The notes under the pieces were generated by a model. That model did no database searches. It was not told the origin of the DNA and was given only the letters and a program-made list of their open reading frames with translations. From Bacteroidales bacterium (GTDB lineage: Bacteria > Bacteroidota > Bacteroidia > Bacteroidales > JAFGUD01), in assembly GCA_016936595.1 (NCBI GenBank), contig JAFGXO010000059.1:15654-79653 (forward strand): 64,000 bases of DNA, in the 5' to 3' direction. Shown piece by piece: positions 27,192 to 37,630 of the stretch; the first letter of the stretch is position 1, and each line of letters begins with the position of its first letter. A program made the translations under genes and the position numbers.

Positions 27192-27953
27192 TTAAAATTC
27201 AATTTCTACACAAACCGGACTATGATCGGAATGAACAACGTCTTTTAATATTGAAGCATTTTTTAACTGTTTTTTTAAACTTTCGGAAACCATATTGTAG
27301 TCAATTCGCCAACCTTTATTTCTTTGTCGCGAAGCAGCTCGATATGACCACCAGCTATAATTATGAGGCTCCGGATTAAATTCTCTGAACGAATCAATAA
27401 AACCATCATCAACAAAATTTTGAAACCACTCACGCTCTTCGGGTAAAAAACCTGAAGTATTTTGCTGTTTTTCAGGATTATGAATATCAATCCACAATCT
27501 ACAAATGTTATAATCACCACTAATTATCAATTTAGAACGATCCTTCTTTAATTCATTAACGTAATTTTTAAAAGCAACAACCCATTCCATTTTAACCCGC
27601 TGTCTATCCTCATTACTTCCCGAAGGGAAATAAGTACTAATAACCGAAATATCTCCAAAATCAGCTCTGATAAACCTACCTTCACTATCAAACTTCTTAA
27701 TTCCAATACCTTCAACAACTTTATCGGGTTCAATTTTAGTTAAAATTGCAACGCCACTATATCCTTTTTTAACAGCCGAAAACAAAAAAGTTTTATATCC
27801 AATCTCCTCAAACAAATGTGTTTCTATTTGTTCTGGTTGAACTTTTATTTCCTGAATACAAACAACATCAGGATTCTCTGTTTTTAACCAATCAACAAAT
27901 CCTTTTTTAATTGCTGATCTTATTCCATTTACATTATACGATATAATTCTCAT
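27192..27953 (-). CDS. xth: Exodeoxyribonuclease III
   Basis: MRIISYNVNGIRSA, VVCIQEIK and the C-terminal SDHSPV. Confidence 0.9.
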   Translation of the reverse strand: MRIISYNVNGIRSAIKKGFVDWLKTENPDVVCIQEIKVQPEQIETHLFEEIGYKTFLFSAVKKGYSGVAILTKIEPDKVVEGIGIKKFDSEGRFIRADFGDISVISTYFPSGSNEDRQRVKMEWVVAFKNYVNELKKDRSKLIISGDYNICRLWIDIHNPEKQQNTSGFLPEEREWFQNFVDDGFIDSFREFNPEPHNYSWWSYRAASRQRNKGWRIDYNMVSESLKKQLKNASILKDVVHSDHSPVCVEIEF

Positions 27954-27975
27954 TTTAAATTTATAATTTTAATTT

Positions 27976-28140
27976 TCAAACAAAGTTATTATTTTTAATT
28001 TTGCAAAACAATTTTTAAACTGAATGATACAAAAAACCAACAAAAGAATTGTTTTTTAATGAATCAAACAAAGTTACTATTTAAAATTTTGCACATAATT
28101 TCAAAAACTGAATGAAAGAAAACACCCACAAAGGAATTGT
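27976..28140 (+). repeat. Two 77-bp direct copies (offset 88 bp) of the rsgA promoter and start region
   Basis: 27976-28052 and 28064-28140 align without gaps at 62 of 77 positions (hand alignment). Copy 1 carries TAATTTTG (27996-28003) and a short ORF, MIQKTNKRIVF* (28024-28059). Copy 2 carries the real rsgA start. Confidence 0.8.
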
Positions 28141-29059
28141 ATATAAATCAACCGGAAGTTGGTATTATATAAAATCCGGCAACGAAAAATTTAAATGCAA
28201 AATTAGAGGCAAGTTGCGAACAAAAGGATTTAAAAGCACAAATCCCATAGCTGTTGGCGATTACGTTTTTTTTGATATTGAAGAAGATAATACCGGCGTT
28301 ATAACAGAAATAGCCGAACGAAAAAACAGTATTGTTCGACAAGCAACTAACTTATCCCGAACAACACATATAATTGCAAGCAATGTTGATCAAGCTGTAA
28401 TTATTGTTTCGCTAAATGAACCGGAAACCCCTGTTGAATTTATCGACAGATTTTTAATTAGTTGTGAAGTTTACAATATTCCGGCAAAAATAATTTTTAA
28501 TAAAATTGATATTTACGAACAAAAACACATCGACTTAGTAATTGAATTAACCGAAACCTACGAAAATATTGGATACGAATGTTTAAGTATTTCGGTAAAA
28601 GAAAACATTAACATACAAGCAGTAAAAAACTTATTAAAAGACAAAACATCTGCAATTGCAGGAAATTCAGGCGTCGGAAAATCATCTCTAATAAATGCTA
28701 TAAGTTCCGAATTAAATTTAAAAACCACTGAAGTTTCCAACAAACACAAAACAGGAAAACACACTACAACTTTTGCAGAAATGTTTGAACTTAAATTTGG
28801 CGGATTTGTAATTGATACTCCGGGCATAAAAGCATTTGGAACCGATTTTATTGAAAAAGAACTGATAGCACAAAATTTTCCTGAAATGTTTGAATTACTT
28901 TCGCAATGTAAATATCATAATTGCAAACATATAGATGAACCCGGTTGTGCTGTTAAAGAAGCATTTGAAAATGGCGAAATTGCATATACCAGATATAAAA
29001 GTTATTTAAATATTATGCTTGAAGAAAGCGGCAAACACAGAAAAGAATTTTGGACTTAA
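28112..29059 (+). CDS. rsgA: Ribosome small subunit-dependent GTPase A
   Basis: G-domain GNSGVGKSSLINA and DTPG, plus the C-terminal zinc motif CKYHNCKHIDEPGC. Confidence 0.9.
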   Translation: MKENTHKGIVYKSTGSWYYIKSGNEKFKCKIRGKLRTKGFKSTNPIAVGDYVFFDIEEDNTGVITEIAERKNSIVRQATNLSRTTHIIASNVDQAVIIVSLNEPETPVEFIDRFLISCEVYNIPAKIIFNKIDIYEQKHIDLVIELTETYENIGYECLSISVKENINIQAVKNLLKDKTSAIAGNSGVGKSSLINAISSELNLKTTEVSNKHKTGKHTTTFAEMFELKFGGFVIDTPGIKAFGTDFIEKELIAQNFPEMFELLSQCKYHNCKHIDEPGCAVKEAFENGEIAYTRYKSYLNIMLEESGKHRKEFWT

Positions 29060-29139
29060 AACACTTATAATAAACAATTTAACAATATATGTTTTAATCT
29101 TACACTCACTTAATAAAATTACATCATTACAAATAAGCT

Positions 29140-30729
29140 ATGAAAATAACAATTACAACAATAATACTTCTGTTTATTTTTTCGTCGGCATTTTCGCAAG
29201 AATACAACTACCCTTTAGGAAATAATTTTGACCGATTAGTAAGCAAAAACATCAACAATTCTAATTCTACCATTCATACGAATTTTAAACCTCTTAGAGT
29301 CTCATACGTTGAAAATGAAACAAATAAAAACAATCTATTTATTGATACGAACAGATTAAATATCGCTCAAAAAGCACCATTATCTTATGTGTGGAAAAAA
29401 ATTTTTATAGAAGATCTTGTTAAAGTTGAACAAAAAAACTTAAGCTTTTACGCAAATCCATTAATCAATTATCAAAAAACAAAATTAGATGGAGTTGATT
29501 ACGATTACGGACAAAACACAAGGGGATTTGAAATTCACGGCAATTTAGGAAGTAAATTATCTTTTTATTCTGATTTTTTGGAAAATCAAACGTTTTATTT
29601 GCCTTACATTCAACAAAAAGTAAACAGCAGTTTAGTTGCCCCCGGACAAGCAGTTTGGAAACCCTTTGGAGAAGATCAACAAGGAAAAGATTACAACTAC
29701 GCAACAGGATATTTATCATTCACTCCCGTTGACTTTTTAAACATACAATTTGGTCATTCAAAACATTTTATTGGCTCGGGGTATCGTTCTATGTTATTAT
29801 CAGACAACTCTATAGCATATCCTTTTTTAAAATTAACGGTTACAAACAACAAAATTCAATACACCGCAATGTTTACTGAATTTCAAAATTTTAAAACAAA
29901 ATTTTATTTCTATCACTACAAAAAACACGGCTCATTTTTATTTATAAACTATTTCCCTGTAAAAAATTTACAAATTGGTTTTTTTGAAGCTATCATTTGG
30001 AAAACAACCAACGAAATTACATTTGAACGAAAAGTACCCCTACTCTTTTTTGTTCCAATTCCCGGAATCCGAGAAACAGTTTACGGTTTTAATGATCAAA
30101 ACAACGTGCTTATTGGTTTAAATGCAAGTTACAACTTGTTTAAATATGCACAATTGTACTCACAATTTGCTATTGACGACATTAAAAACAAAAAAATTGC
30201 TTACCAGGCAGGATTTAGAATATTTGATGTATTAAACGAGAACATCAAAAAACAAAACTTGTACATTCAAACAGAATATAATTACGCCAAACCATACACA
30301 TACTCACACGAATACGCATATTCTGCATTTACAAACTTCAATGAACCATTAATTAACACCTTAAGTGCCGGATTTACAGAATCTCTCGCAATAATTAATT
30401 GGCAGTTCTACGGATTTGAAATTGAATTTAAATACAATAATATTTTAACATCAACCGACACAGCAAATTCAAATTTTGGCACAAACTTAATGCTCTCAAG
30501 CAATACAGCAACTTACCCTACAACAAGTTCCAAAATTGGACAGGGAAATAAAACAATAATCACAAATTACAATTTATCATTTGCATACATTATTAACACA
30601 TCAACAAATCTTAAAATTTTTACCGAAGTTAGTAAAAGAAATTTTTCTTCAGACATCAATAATAACGAAATATTTTTCGTATCTTTCGGCATTAAAAACA
30701 CATTAAAAAACATATACACAGATTACTAA
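29140..30729 (+). CDS. Uncharacterised outer-membrane beta-barrel-type protein (Wzi/RemB-like?)
   Basis: 529 aa with signal peptide FSSAFSQ. Aromatic-rich strand pattern and a C-terminal aromatic residue (IYTDY). The family assignment is a guess. Confidence 0.35.
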   Translation: MKITITTIILLFIFSSAFSQEYNYPLGNNFDRLVSKNINNSNSTIHTNFKPLRVSYVENETNKNNLFIDTNRLNIAQKAPLSYVWKKIFIEDLVKVEQKNLSFYANPLINYQKTKLDGVDYDYGQNTRGFEIHGNLGSKLSFYSDFLENQTFYLPYIQQKVNSSLVAPGQAVWKPFGEDQQGKDYNYATGYLSFTPVDFLNIQFGHSKHFIGSGYRSMLLSDNSIAYPFLKLTVTNNKIQYTAMFTEFQNFKTKFYFYHYKKHGSFLFINYFPVKNLQIGFFEAIIWKTTNEITFERKVPLLFFVPIPGIRETVYGFNDQNNVLIGLNASYNLFKYAQLYSQFAIDDIKNKKIAYQAGFRIFDVLNENIKKQNLYIQTEYNYAKPYTYSHEYAYSAFTNFNEPLINTLSAGFTESLAIINWQFYGFEIEFKYNNILTSTDTANSNFGTNLMLSSNTATYPTTSSKIGQGNKTIITNYNLSFAYIINTSTNLKIFTEVSKRNFSSDINNNEIFFVSFGIKNTLKNIYTDY

Positions 30730-30742
30730 GAACAAAAAAATA

Positions 30743-31840
30743 ATGAGCTTAAAAAAACTTTACAAAAAAATATTTGACGGATTAAATTTGAATGCAGAAG
30801 AAGCATTAATTCTGTATCAAAAAGCACCTACAAGCGAACTAATGTTTATTGCAAACGAAATCCGAAAATCCAAAAAAAACGACGATAAAAAAGTAGGCTG
30901 GATAATTGACAGAAACGTTAATATTACAAACGTATGCACAGCACAATGTAAATTTTGCAATTTTTGCACAACCATTCAATCACCAAACGCCTACATAACA
31001 ACAATAGCAGAATACAAACAAAAAATTGACGAATTATTTACCAAAGGAGGCAATCAACTTTTGTTACAAGGAGGAATGCACCCAAAATTAGGGCTAAATT
31101 TTTACACAAATCTATTTTCAGAACTAAAATCTTTATACCCAAACTTAAAATTACATGCACTTAGCCCAACCGAAATTGTTCATATTTCAAAAATGGCAAA
31201 ATTATCATATTCCGAAACATTACAAAAACTAATTGCATCAGGATTAGACAGTTTACCCGGAGCAGGAGCCGAAATATTATCCAACAGAGTACGCAACATT
31301 GTTTCGCCTGCAAAATGTACAACTCAACAGTGGTTAGATGTTATGGAAGAAGCCCACAAATTAAACATTCCAACATCAGCAACAATGATGTTTGGTTTTA
31401 TTGAAACTTTAGAAGAAAGAATTGAACATTTGATAAAAATTAGAGATTTACAAGCGAAAAAACCCAAAGATTCCTACGGATTTATAACTTTTGTTCCATG
31501 GCCATATCAACCCGAACACACACGTTTACAAAAAAAATATCCTGATTTAAAAGAAGCAACATCGGTGGAATATTTACGACTTATTGCTCTAAGTAGAATT
31601 ATTTTAACTAATATTGAAAATATTCAGGCATCGTGGTTAACAGTTGGCAAAGAAGTTGCACAGTTAGCCCTTTCGGCAGGAGCAAATGATTTAGGCTCAA
31701 TCATGATTGAAGAAAATGTTGTGTCGGCTGCCGGAGCTGACCACAAAATGAATGCACTACAACTCCAAAACACGATAAAAGAAGCAAGGTTTATTCCTTT
31801 ATTAAGAAATCAAAAATACGAATTTGTAGAAAATTTTTAA
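30743..31840 (+). CDS. Radical SAM enzyme of the CofH/MqnC/MqnE family (futalosine menaquinone pathway)
   Basis: NITNVCTAQCKFCNF is the CX3CX2C motif. Length (365 aa) and the N-terminal EEALILYQKAP...ANEIRK fit MqnC/MqnE. I cannot separate MqnC from MqnE by eye. Confidence 0.7.
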   Translation: MSLKKLYKKIFDGLNLNAEEALILYQKAPTSELMFIANEIRKSKKNDDKKVGWIIDRNVNITNVCTAQCKFCNFCTTIQSPNAYITTIAEYKQKIDELFTKGGNQLLLQGGMHPKLGLNFYTNLFSELKSLYPNLKLHALSPTEIVHISKMAKLSYSETLQKLIASGLDSLPGAGAEILSNRVRNIVSPAKCTTQQWLDVMEEAHKLNIPTSATMMFGFIETLEERIEHLIKIRDLQAKKPKDSYGFITFVPWPYQPEHTRLQKKYPDLKEATSVEYLRLIALSRIILTNIENIQASWLTVGKEVAQLALSAGANDLGSIMIEENVVSAAGADHKMNALQLQNTIKEARFIPLLRNQKYEFVENF

Positions 31841-31939
31841 ATTTGCATAAATTGAAACTTAAAACAACAAAAAACAGTTCTCGATATTGCGTTGTTACAA
31901 ACTTCGCAAAACCTTATTCATTATTCAAAATTTTATAAA

Positions 31940-34213
31940 ATGAAATTACGAGTTAAAGTACTTATATACATAATTCTAACAACCTCAATAATTTTTATTA
32001 TTAGCGTTGGCTTTATCAATTTACGATATTGGAATTACACAAAACAAATGGCTACAAACATTGCAAACATGTATGCAAAACAAAGTGCAACAACAGCCAA
32101 AAGTATTTTAACTGCCGATTTAAAAACCGTTGAAGCTCTTGAAAAAGTATTTATTAGTTTCAAACAATTCGACAAAAGAACAAGAACAATATTTTACGAA
32201 CAAATTTTAAGAGATGTTTTAGAAAACAACCCTAATTTTTTGGCAGTTTGGTTAAATTGGGAACTTGCAGCTGTTGACCCTGAATGGACTATGCCCTACG
32301 GCCGCGAAAGAACCGTTGCTTTTATTTCAATGGGAAGAATAAAAATACAAATCGATAGTGCTGACCTTGATAACGATGTGCCCGGTTCAAAATACTATTT
32401 AATGAAATCAGGAACCGAAGAAAATTTGCTTACAGACCCTTATTTTTACACATACACTCAAGACACAGGATCTACATTTCTTGAAACGAGCATCGCTCGG
32501 GGAATTTTTGTTGGCGAAAAATTTGTTGGTGCTGTTGGAATAGATATTTCTCTTCAACGATTTCAAAACCTTTTGTCCGAACTTAAACCTTTTGATAACA
32601 GCAAAATAATAATCGTTTCTAACGACGGAACAATAGTAGCTTACGAAGACAAGAATTTAGTTGGCGAAAAAATACACAAAGTATTCCCCGAATATACAAC
32701 TTACAACATTGTTGATAACATAAAAAAAGGCAAAATTTTTAACTTCACTCATACAAATTCTAAAAAAATAACCGAATATTTTTCTTTTTACCCCATAAAA
32801 CTTAACGGGTCAAACTTACCCTGGAGTTTAGGTTTTATTGTTTCTGACCAAATTTTAATAAAAGACATAAAAAGTAACTCACAACTGCTACTTCTTATTT
32901 CAACACTATCACTAATTATTATATCAATTATCATTTGGAGCGTTCTTTCAATAATAGTTAGTCCTATAGAAAGAACATCAAAAACCCTTGAAGCATTAAG
33001 CAGAGGAAATGTTTCTGACTCATACAAGATTAAATATTCAACAAAAGATGAACTTGGTAGAATGGCAAAAGCCGCAAATATTTTAATTGATTCTTTAAAA
33101 CAAACCCAACAATTTGCAATTGAAATAGGTAAAGGAAATTTAACCGTTGAATATGAACTTTTGAGTAGAAATGACGTTTTAGGGAAATCCTTAATTGAAA
33201 TGCGCGATAATTTATTAAAAGCAAATCAAGAAGAAAAATTAAGAACACAGGAATCACAACGTTTATCGTGGACACAAAACGGAATTACCGAAGTAAACGA
33301 AATTTTAAGAGAAAACAGCGACAGCGTTGAAAATTTAAGCTCCCACTTAATAAAATTTCTTGTTAAATACACAGATTCTATTCAAGGAGGTTTTTATCTT
33401 ATTGAAAATCATGACTCTGAAAAAATAATTGTACTTAAAGCAGCTTACGCTTACGACAGAAAAAAAGAAATGAAAGCCGAAATAAAAATTGGCGAAGGTT
33501 TAGTTGGAAGAGCAGCAAAAGAAAAACAACGAGTAATAATTGAAAACCTTCCCGAAGGATACTTAGAAGTTCGATCAGGCTTGGGAGACAAATCACCAAG
33601 CAATCTAATAATTGTACCATTATTATTTGAAGACAACGTACTAGGAGCCATTGAAATAGCCGGATTTAATAAGTTTGATAAATTTAAAATAGACTTTTTA
33701 GAACAAATTTCGGTAAGAATAACTTCATCAGTTTCTGTATTACTTAAAAATATTGAAACAGCTAACTTACTTAAAGAATCACAACTACAAACTGCAACCT
33801 TTGAAATGAAAGAAAAGCAGTTCATGCGACAAAGACGCAAACTTGTTGAAAAACAAAACGAATTAGAGCTAAAATCAGCTCAATTAGATGTTACCCTTAA
33901 CTCACTAAAACACATAGGATTATATCTTGAAATAGACTCTCAAAAAACAATTATTGACACAAACGAATTTCTGCCTAAATTTTTCCAAGTAGAAAAGAAC
34001 TTTTTAATTGGCAAAAAAATCACGGAAATAACAAAATTTGTAAAAGGCTCAAAAGTTTGGATTGAAAAATTTTGGGAAGATATTTATAGAGGAGAAACCC
34101 GAAAAAAATCAACTATTTACTTCAAAGATGATATACAAATAAAGATAACTGATATTTACTTTGTTGTAAAAGGATCAGATGTTGATAAAATAATTATTAT
34201 TGGAATAAACTAA
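31940..34213 (+). CDS. Membrane sensor protein: dCache - TM - HAMP - GAF - PAS-like, with no recognisable output domain
   Basis: ATG at 31940 (MKLRVKVLIYIILT); the track start is TTG. Cache-like LTDPYFYTY...VGAVGIDISL. HAMP PIERTSKTLEALSRGN...DELGRMAKAANILIDSL. GAF GEGLVGRAAKEKQRVIIENL...VPLLFEDNVLGAIEIAG. Confidence 0.65.
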   Translation: MKLRVKVLIYIILTTSIIFIISVGFINLRYWNYTKQMATNIANMYAKQSATTAKSILTADLKTVEALEKVFISFKQFDKRTRTIFYEQILRDVLENNPNFLAVWLNWELAAVDPEWTMPYGRERTVAFISMGRIKIQIDSADLDNDVPGSKYYLMKSGTEENLLTDPYFYTYTQDTGSTFLETSIARGIFVGEKFVGAVGIDISLQRFQNLLSELKPFDNSKIIIVSNDGTIVAYEDKNLVGEKIHKVFPEYTTYNIVDNIKKGKIFNFTHTNSKKITEYFSFYPIKLNGSNLPWSLGFIVSDQILIKDIKSNSQLLLLISTLSLIIISIIIWSVLSIIVSPIERTSKTLEALSRGNVSDSYKIKYSTKDELGRMAKAANILIDSLKQTQQFAIEIGKGNLTVEYELLSRNDVLGKSLIEMRDNLLKANQEEKLRTQESQRLSWTQNGITEVNEILRENSDSVENLSSHLIKFLVKYTDSIQGGFYLIENHDSEKIIVLKAAYAYDRKKEMKAEIKIGEGLVGRAAKEKQRVIIENLPEGYLEVRSGLGDKSPSNLIIVPLLFEDNVLGAIEIAGFNKFDKFKIDFLEQISVRITSSVSVLLKNIETANLLKESQLQTATFEMKEKQFMRQRRKLVEKQNELELKSAQLDVTLNSLKHIGLYLEIDSQKTIIDTNEFLPKFFQVEKNFLIGKKITEITKFVKGSKVWIEKFWEDIYRGETRKKSTIYFKDDIQIKITDIYFVVKGSDVDKIIIIGIN

Positions 34214-34230
34214 ATATTGATAATTTACAA

Positions 34231-35736
34231 ATGAGATTAAGATTTGCACCCAGTCCAACAGGACCATTGCATATTGGAGGAGTTAGAACTGCACTATTTA
34301 ACTACCTTTTAGCAAAAAAAAACAATGGTGAATTTATATTAAGAATTGAAGACACCGACCAAACAAGATATGTTGAAGGTGCCGAAAATTACATAATTGA
34401 AGCATTAGAATGGTTAGGAATAGAATTTGACGAAAGCATTATTAAAGGCGGCAAATTTGCTCCTTATAAACAATCCGAAAGACGCGAAATCTATCAAAAA
34501 CACATTCAAATTTTAATTGAAAACGGAAATGCATATTATGCTTTTGATACTGCCGATGAACTTGAGCAAATGCGTTCACGTTTGCAAGAACAAAAATCGC
34601 CCGTTCAGCATTACAATTATGTTACAAGAGAACAAATGAAAAACTCATTTACTCTTTCTAATCAAGAAGTTACTACTTTTATTGAAAAAGGAAAACCCTA
34701 TGTTGTAAGGTTTAACATGCCTCAAAATAAAGATCTTTTACTAAAAGATATTATTAGAGGAGACGTAAAAGTTAACACTTCAACTCTCGACGATAAAGTT
34801 CTTTTTAAATCAGATGGACTACCAACTTACCACTTGGCAAATATAGTTGATGACCATTTAATGGAAATTACTCATGTTATCAGAGGCGAAGAATGGTTGC
34901 CATCGCTACCAATTCATTACCTTTTGTATGAAGCTTTTGGCTGGACTGCCCCTGAATTTGCACATTTACCGTTAATTTTAAAACCTAACGGAAAAGGGAA
35001 ACTTAGCAAAAGAGATGGAGATCAACTGGGCTTCCCTGTATTTCCTATTGATTGGATCGACCCTAAAACAAACGAAAAATCGGCAGGATACCGTGAATGG
35101 GGATATTCGCCTCAAGCAGTAGTTAACATGCTTGCATTTTTAGGTTGGAATCCTGGAACAGAACAAGAAGTATTTGATATACAACAACTTATTAACGCAT
35201 TTGAAATTTCAAAAGTACAAAAAGGAGGAGCAAAATTTGACCCCGAAAAAACTAAATGGTTTAACCAACAACATTTAAGACTTACAGACACAAATATTTT
35301 AGCACACAAACTAATAGAAAAATACAAATCCGAAGATATTTCAATAAGCTCAAAAAATGCAGTAAAAGTTATTGATTTGGTAAAAGAAAGAGCTATTTTT
35401 GAAGCAGATTTATTTGAATTAACATCATTTTTCTTTATTGCCCCGCAAGAATATAACAGTAAAGCACTCAAGAAAAACTGGAAAGAAGAAACTCCTGAAT
35501 TAATCAAAAAATCAATTAAATTTTTATCAAATATTGAAGATTTTTCATCAAAAAACTTAGAAGAAAGATTTATTAATTGGATAAACGAGCAAGAAATAGG
35601 CTTAGGTAAAATTCTTAATCCTGTAAGACTACTTTTAGTTGGAAACACAAGCGGTCCGCATCTATTTGATATTTTAGAAATAGTAGGAAAAACAGAAGTA
35701 ATTAACCGACTAAACAATGGTTTAAGAAACATTTAA
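34231..35736 (+). CDS. gltX: Glutamate--tRNA ligase
   Basis: RFAPSPTGPLHIGG (HIGH motif) and GKLSKRDG (KMSKS motif). Confidence 0.95.
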   Translation: MRLRFAPSPTGPLHIGGVRTALFNYLLAKKNNGEFILRIEDTDQTRYVEGAENYIIEALEWLGIEFDESIIKGGKFAPYKQSERREIYQKHIQILIENGNAYYAFDTADELEQMRSRLQEQKSPVQHYNYVTREQMKNSFTLSNQEVTTFIEKGKPYVVRFNMPQNKDLLLKDIIRGDVKVNTSTLDDKVLFKSDGLPTYHLANIVDDHLMEITHVIRGEEWLPSLPIHYLLYEAFGWTAPEFAHLPLILKPNGKGKLSKRDGDQLGFPVFPIDWIDPKTNEKSAGYREWGYSPQAVVNMLAFLGWNPGTEQEVFDIQQLINAFEISKVQKGGAKFDPEKTKWFNQQHLRLTDTNILAHKLIEKYKSEDISISSKNAVKVIDLVKERAIFEADLFELTSFFFIAPQEYNSKALKKNWKEETPELIKKSIKFLSNIEDFSSKNLEERFINWINEQEIGLGKILNPVRLLLVGNTSGPHLFDILEIVGKTEVINRLNNGLRNI

Positions 35737-35896
35737 ACACCACACGATAACAACATAACTTTATGAGTATTATCAATGTTATCAACACTTTTAAATTTTT
35801 TCAATAAATAAAGAAACTATATTTTTGTTTTTAATAAAAATTATATTTTCTTTGCAAACTCAAAATTAAACAAAAATATTATAAAGATTATAGATT

Positions 35897-36166
35897 ATGG
35901 CACATCACCAATCGGCTAAAAAAAGAATTCGTCAAAACGAAAAAAGAAGAGAAGAAAACCGTTACTATGCTAAAACTGCTCGTAATGCAATCAGAAAACT
36001 TAGAAGCATTGAAGACAAAGAAGAAGCTACTAAATTATTTCCTAAAGTTAGCTCAATGATTGATAAATTAGCAAAAAGAGGTCAAATTCATAAAAACAAA
36101 GCCGCTAATTTAAAATCTAAATTAATGAAACACATTAATAAAATTAATGCTCCTATAGCTGAATAA
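35897..36166 (+). CDS. rpsT: 30S ribosomal protein S20
   Basis: [24 protein letters not shown]. 89 aa, basic. Confidence 0.95.
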   Translation: MAHHQSAKKRIRQNEKRREENRYYAKTARNAIRKLRSIEDKEEATKLFPKVSSMIDKLAKRGQIHKNKAANLKSKLMKHINKINAPIAE

Positions 36167-36193
36167 TTTATTTAGTTTTTCATAAAAATATTT

Positions 36194-36222
36194 GCCGTCT
36201 AACTATCATTAGACGGCTTTTG
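36194..36222. terminator. Intrinsic terminator shared by rpsT (+) and the radical SAM cluster (-)
   Basis: GCCGTCTA-actatcat-TAGACGGC is a perfect 8-bp stem followed by TTTTG. It lies between the stops at 36166 and 36234. Confidence 0.65.
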
Positions 36223-36233
36223 TTGTTATACAA

Positions 36234-37556
36234 TTAAAAAATATTTGGGGTAATTCTTCTTTTGATATAATATCTATAGTGCATATTTATACCAATTGAA
36301 AAAAGCAACATTTTAGGATTCCGCCAAAGATACTTATTAAACAAAGTTCTGTTTATTATACTTTTTAACGAAAAAGTTTTGCGATTAAGCCACCAATACA
36401 TTTCAGTTAATTTTTCGGGCGTAATTTTTTTAGGAATATGCACACATTGAGAGCCATCAAAATCTTTCCAATTTTCGGTTAATAATCTACCTTCGTCTTG
36501 ATATTGTCTATACAAATTGGTGCCGGGAATAGGCGTTAAAATATAAAATCGCGGAATAGGAACTTTATTTTTATTTATAAAATCAAATGTTTTTCTTATG
36601 CTATCCTCAGTATCCTCATCAGTACCAACAATCATCTCTGTGCTTACGGTTATACCGGCTTCACTTAAAATTCTAAAATTTTCGGCATGTTCACTTGCTT
36701 TAAGCCAAGGTTTTTGAATACTATTTAAAGCCTCCTGACTAATGCTTTCAACACCAAAGCTCATTAAATCGCAACCGGATTTTACAACAACATCAAGCAA
36801 ATCAGGTTTTTTAGCCAAATGCAAAGCACACTGGCTAGCCCAATTCATTTTTAAAGGAGTTATTTTTTCACATAATTCACGCAGATATTTTGGGTTAGAA
36901 ACAATGTTATCATCTATTAAATAAAACCGTTTAAATCCCAATCTTTTAACTTCTTTTATATCCCTAATAACCTCATCTACAGGCCTAAATATATATTTTC
37001 CTTCGTACAAACAAGCAATAGAACAAAAAGAACATTGAAAAGAACACCCCCTACCCGCCTGAACAGGCAACATATTGCCAATTGATTTTTGAGTTAACAA
37101 ATCATAACGAGGCAAGGGTAAATTTTTAAGTTCAGTAATTGGGTGATTATAAATAGGTTTTAATATACCGGTTTGCTCAAAATCTTTAAGCATTAAATTA
37201 AACGATATTTCGGCATCACCAACAACAACGCTGTCAACATGCTTTAAAGTTTCTTCGTAGGCAATAGAAGCCATGTATCCACCCATAACAACCGTTTTAC
37301 CGCGTTTTTTAAACTCGTGTGCAATTTCGGCTCCTCTAAAAATTGCATGCCCCATTGTGCCTATTGCAATCAAATCAGCATCGCTGTCAAAGTTTATTTT
37401 ATCAACTACTTCAATTGCAACTTCAATATCCCAATGTTTTGGAGTATATGCAGCTAAAAGAGGGAACGCTAATCCCGGCAGATTAATTTTTCTCTGAGTA
37501 CAAAGTTTTCCGTTTTCGGCGTATTGAGTTGGTTGTATGAATAATATTTTTGGCAT
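36234..37556 (-). CDS. B12-binding domain-containing radical SAM protein
   Basis: N-terminal Rossmann-like B12-binding region (ILFIQP...DLIAIGTM...VVMGG). Radical SAM motif AGRGCSFQCSFC. 440 aa. Confidence 0.8.
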   Translation of the reverse strand: MPKILFIQPTQYAENGKLCTQRKINLPGLAFPLLAAYTPKHWDIEVAIEVVDKINFDSDADLIAIGTMGHAIFRGAEIAHEFKKRGKTVVMGGYMASIAYEETLKHVDSVVVGDAEISFNLMLKDFEQTGILKPIYNHPITELKNLPLPRYDLLTQKSIGNMLPVQAGRGCSFQCSFCSIACLYEGKYIFRPVDEVIRDIKEVKRLGFKRFYLIDDNIVSNPKYLRELCEKITPLKMNWASQCALHLAKKPDLLDVVVKSGCDLMSFGVESISQEALNSIQKPWLKASEHAENFRILSEAGITVSTEMIVGTDEDTEDSIRKTFDFINKNKVPIPRFYILTPIPGTNLYRQYQDEGRLLTENWKDFDGSQCVHIPKKITPEKLTEMYWWLNRKTFSLKSIINRTLFNKYLWRNPKMLLFSIGINMHYRYYIKRRITPNIF

Positions 37557-37630
37557 AATTTATTTTTATAATAATTCACAAACAGATACAGCAGTAATCT
37601 TTTTTAGAGCATTCAAATAGAACAAAGCAT

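Noticed and set aside
35112-35732. 206-aa ORF antisense to the 3' half of gltX, the longest antisense ORF in the window and surprising in AT-rich DNA
   Set aside because: Its frame is offset so that stops arise only from xxT-TAx, xxC-TAx or xxT-CAx junctions of the sense codons. The GltX C-terminal domain has few Tyr, His or Gln residues in that context. The translation is low-complexity (S/F/I/L/K-rich), and there is no promoter box or start context. It is most likely a shadow ORF. Ribosome profiling would be needed to argue otherwise.
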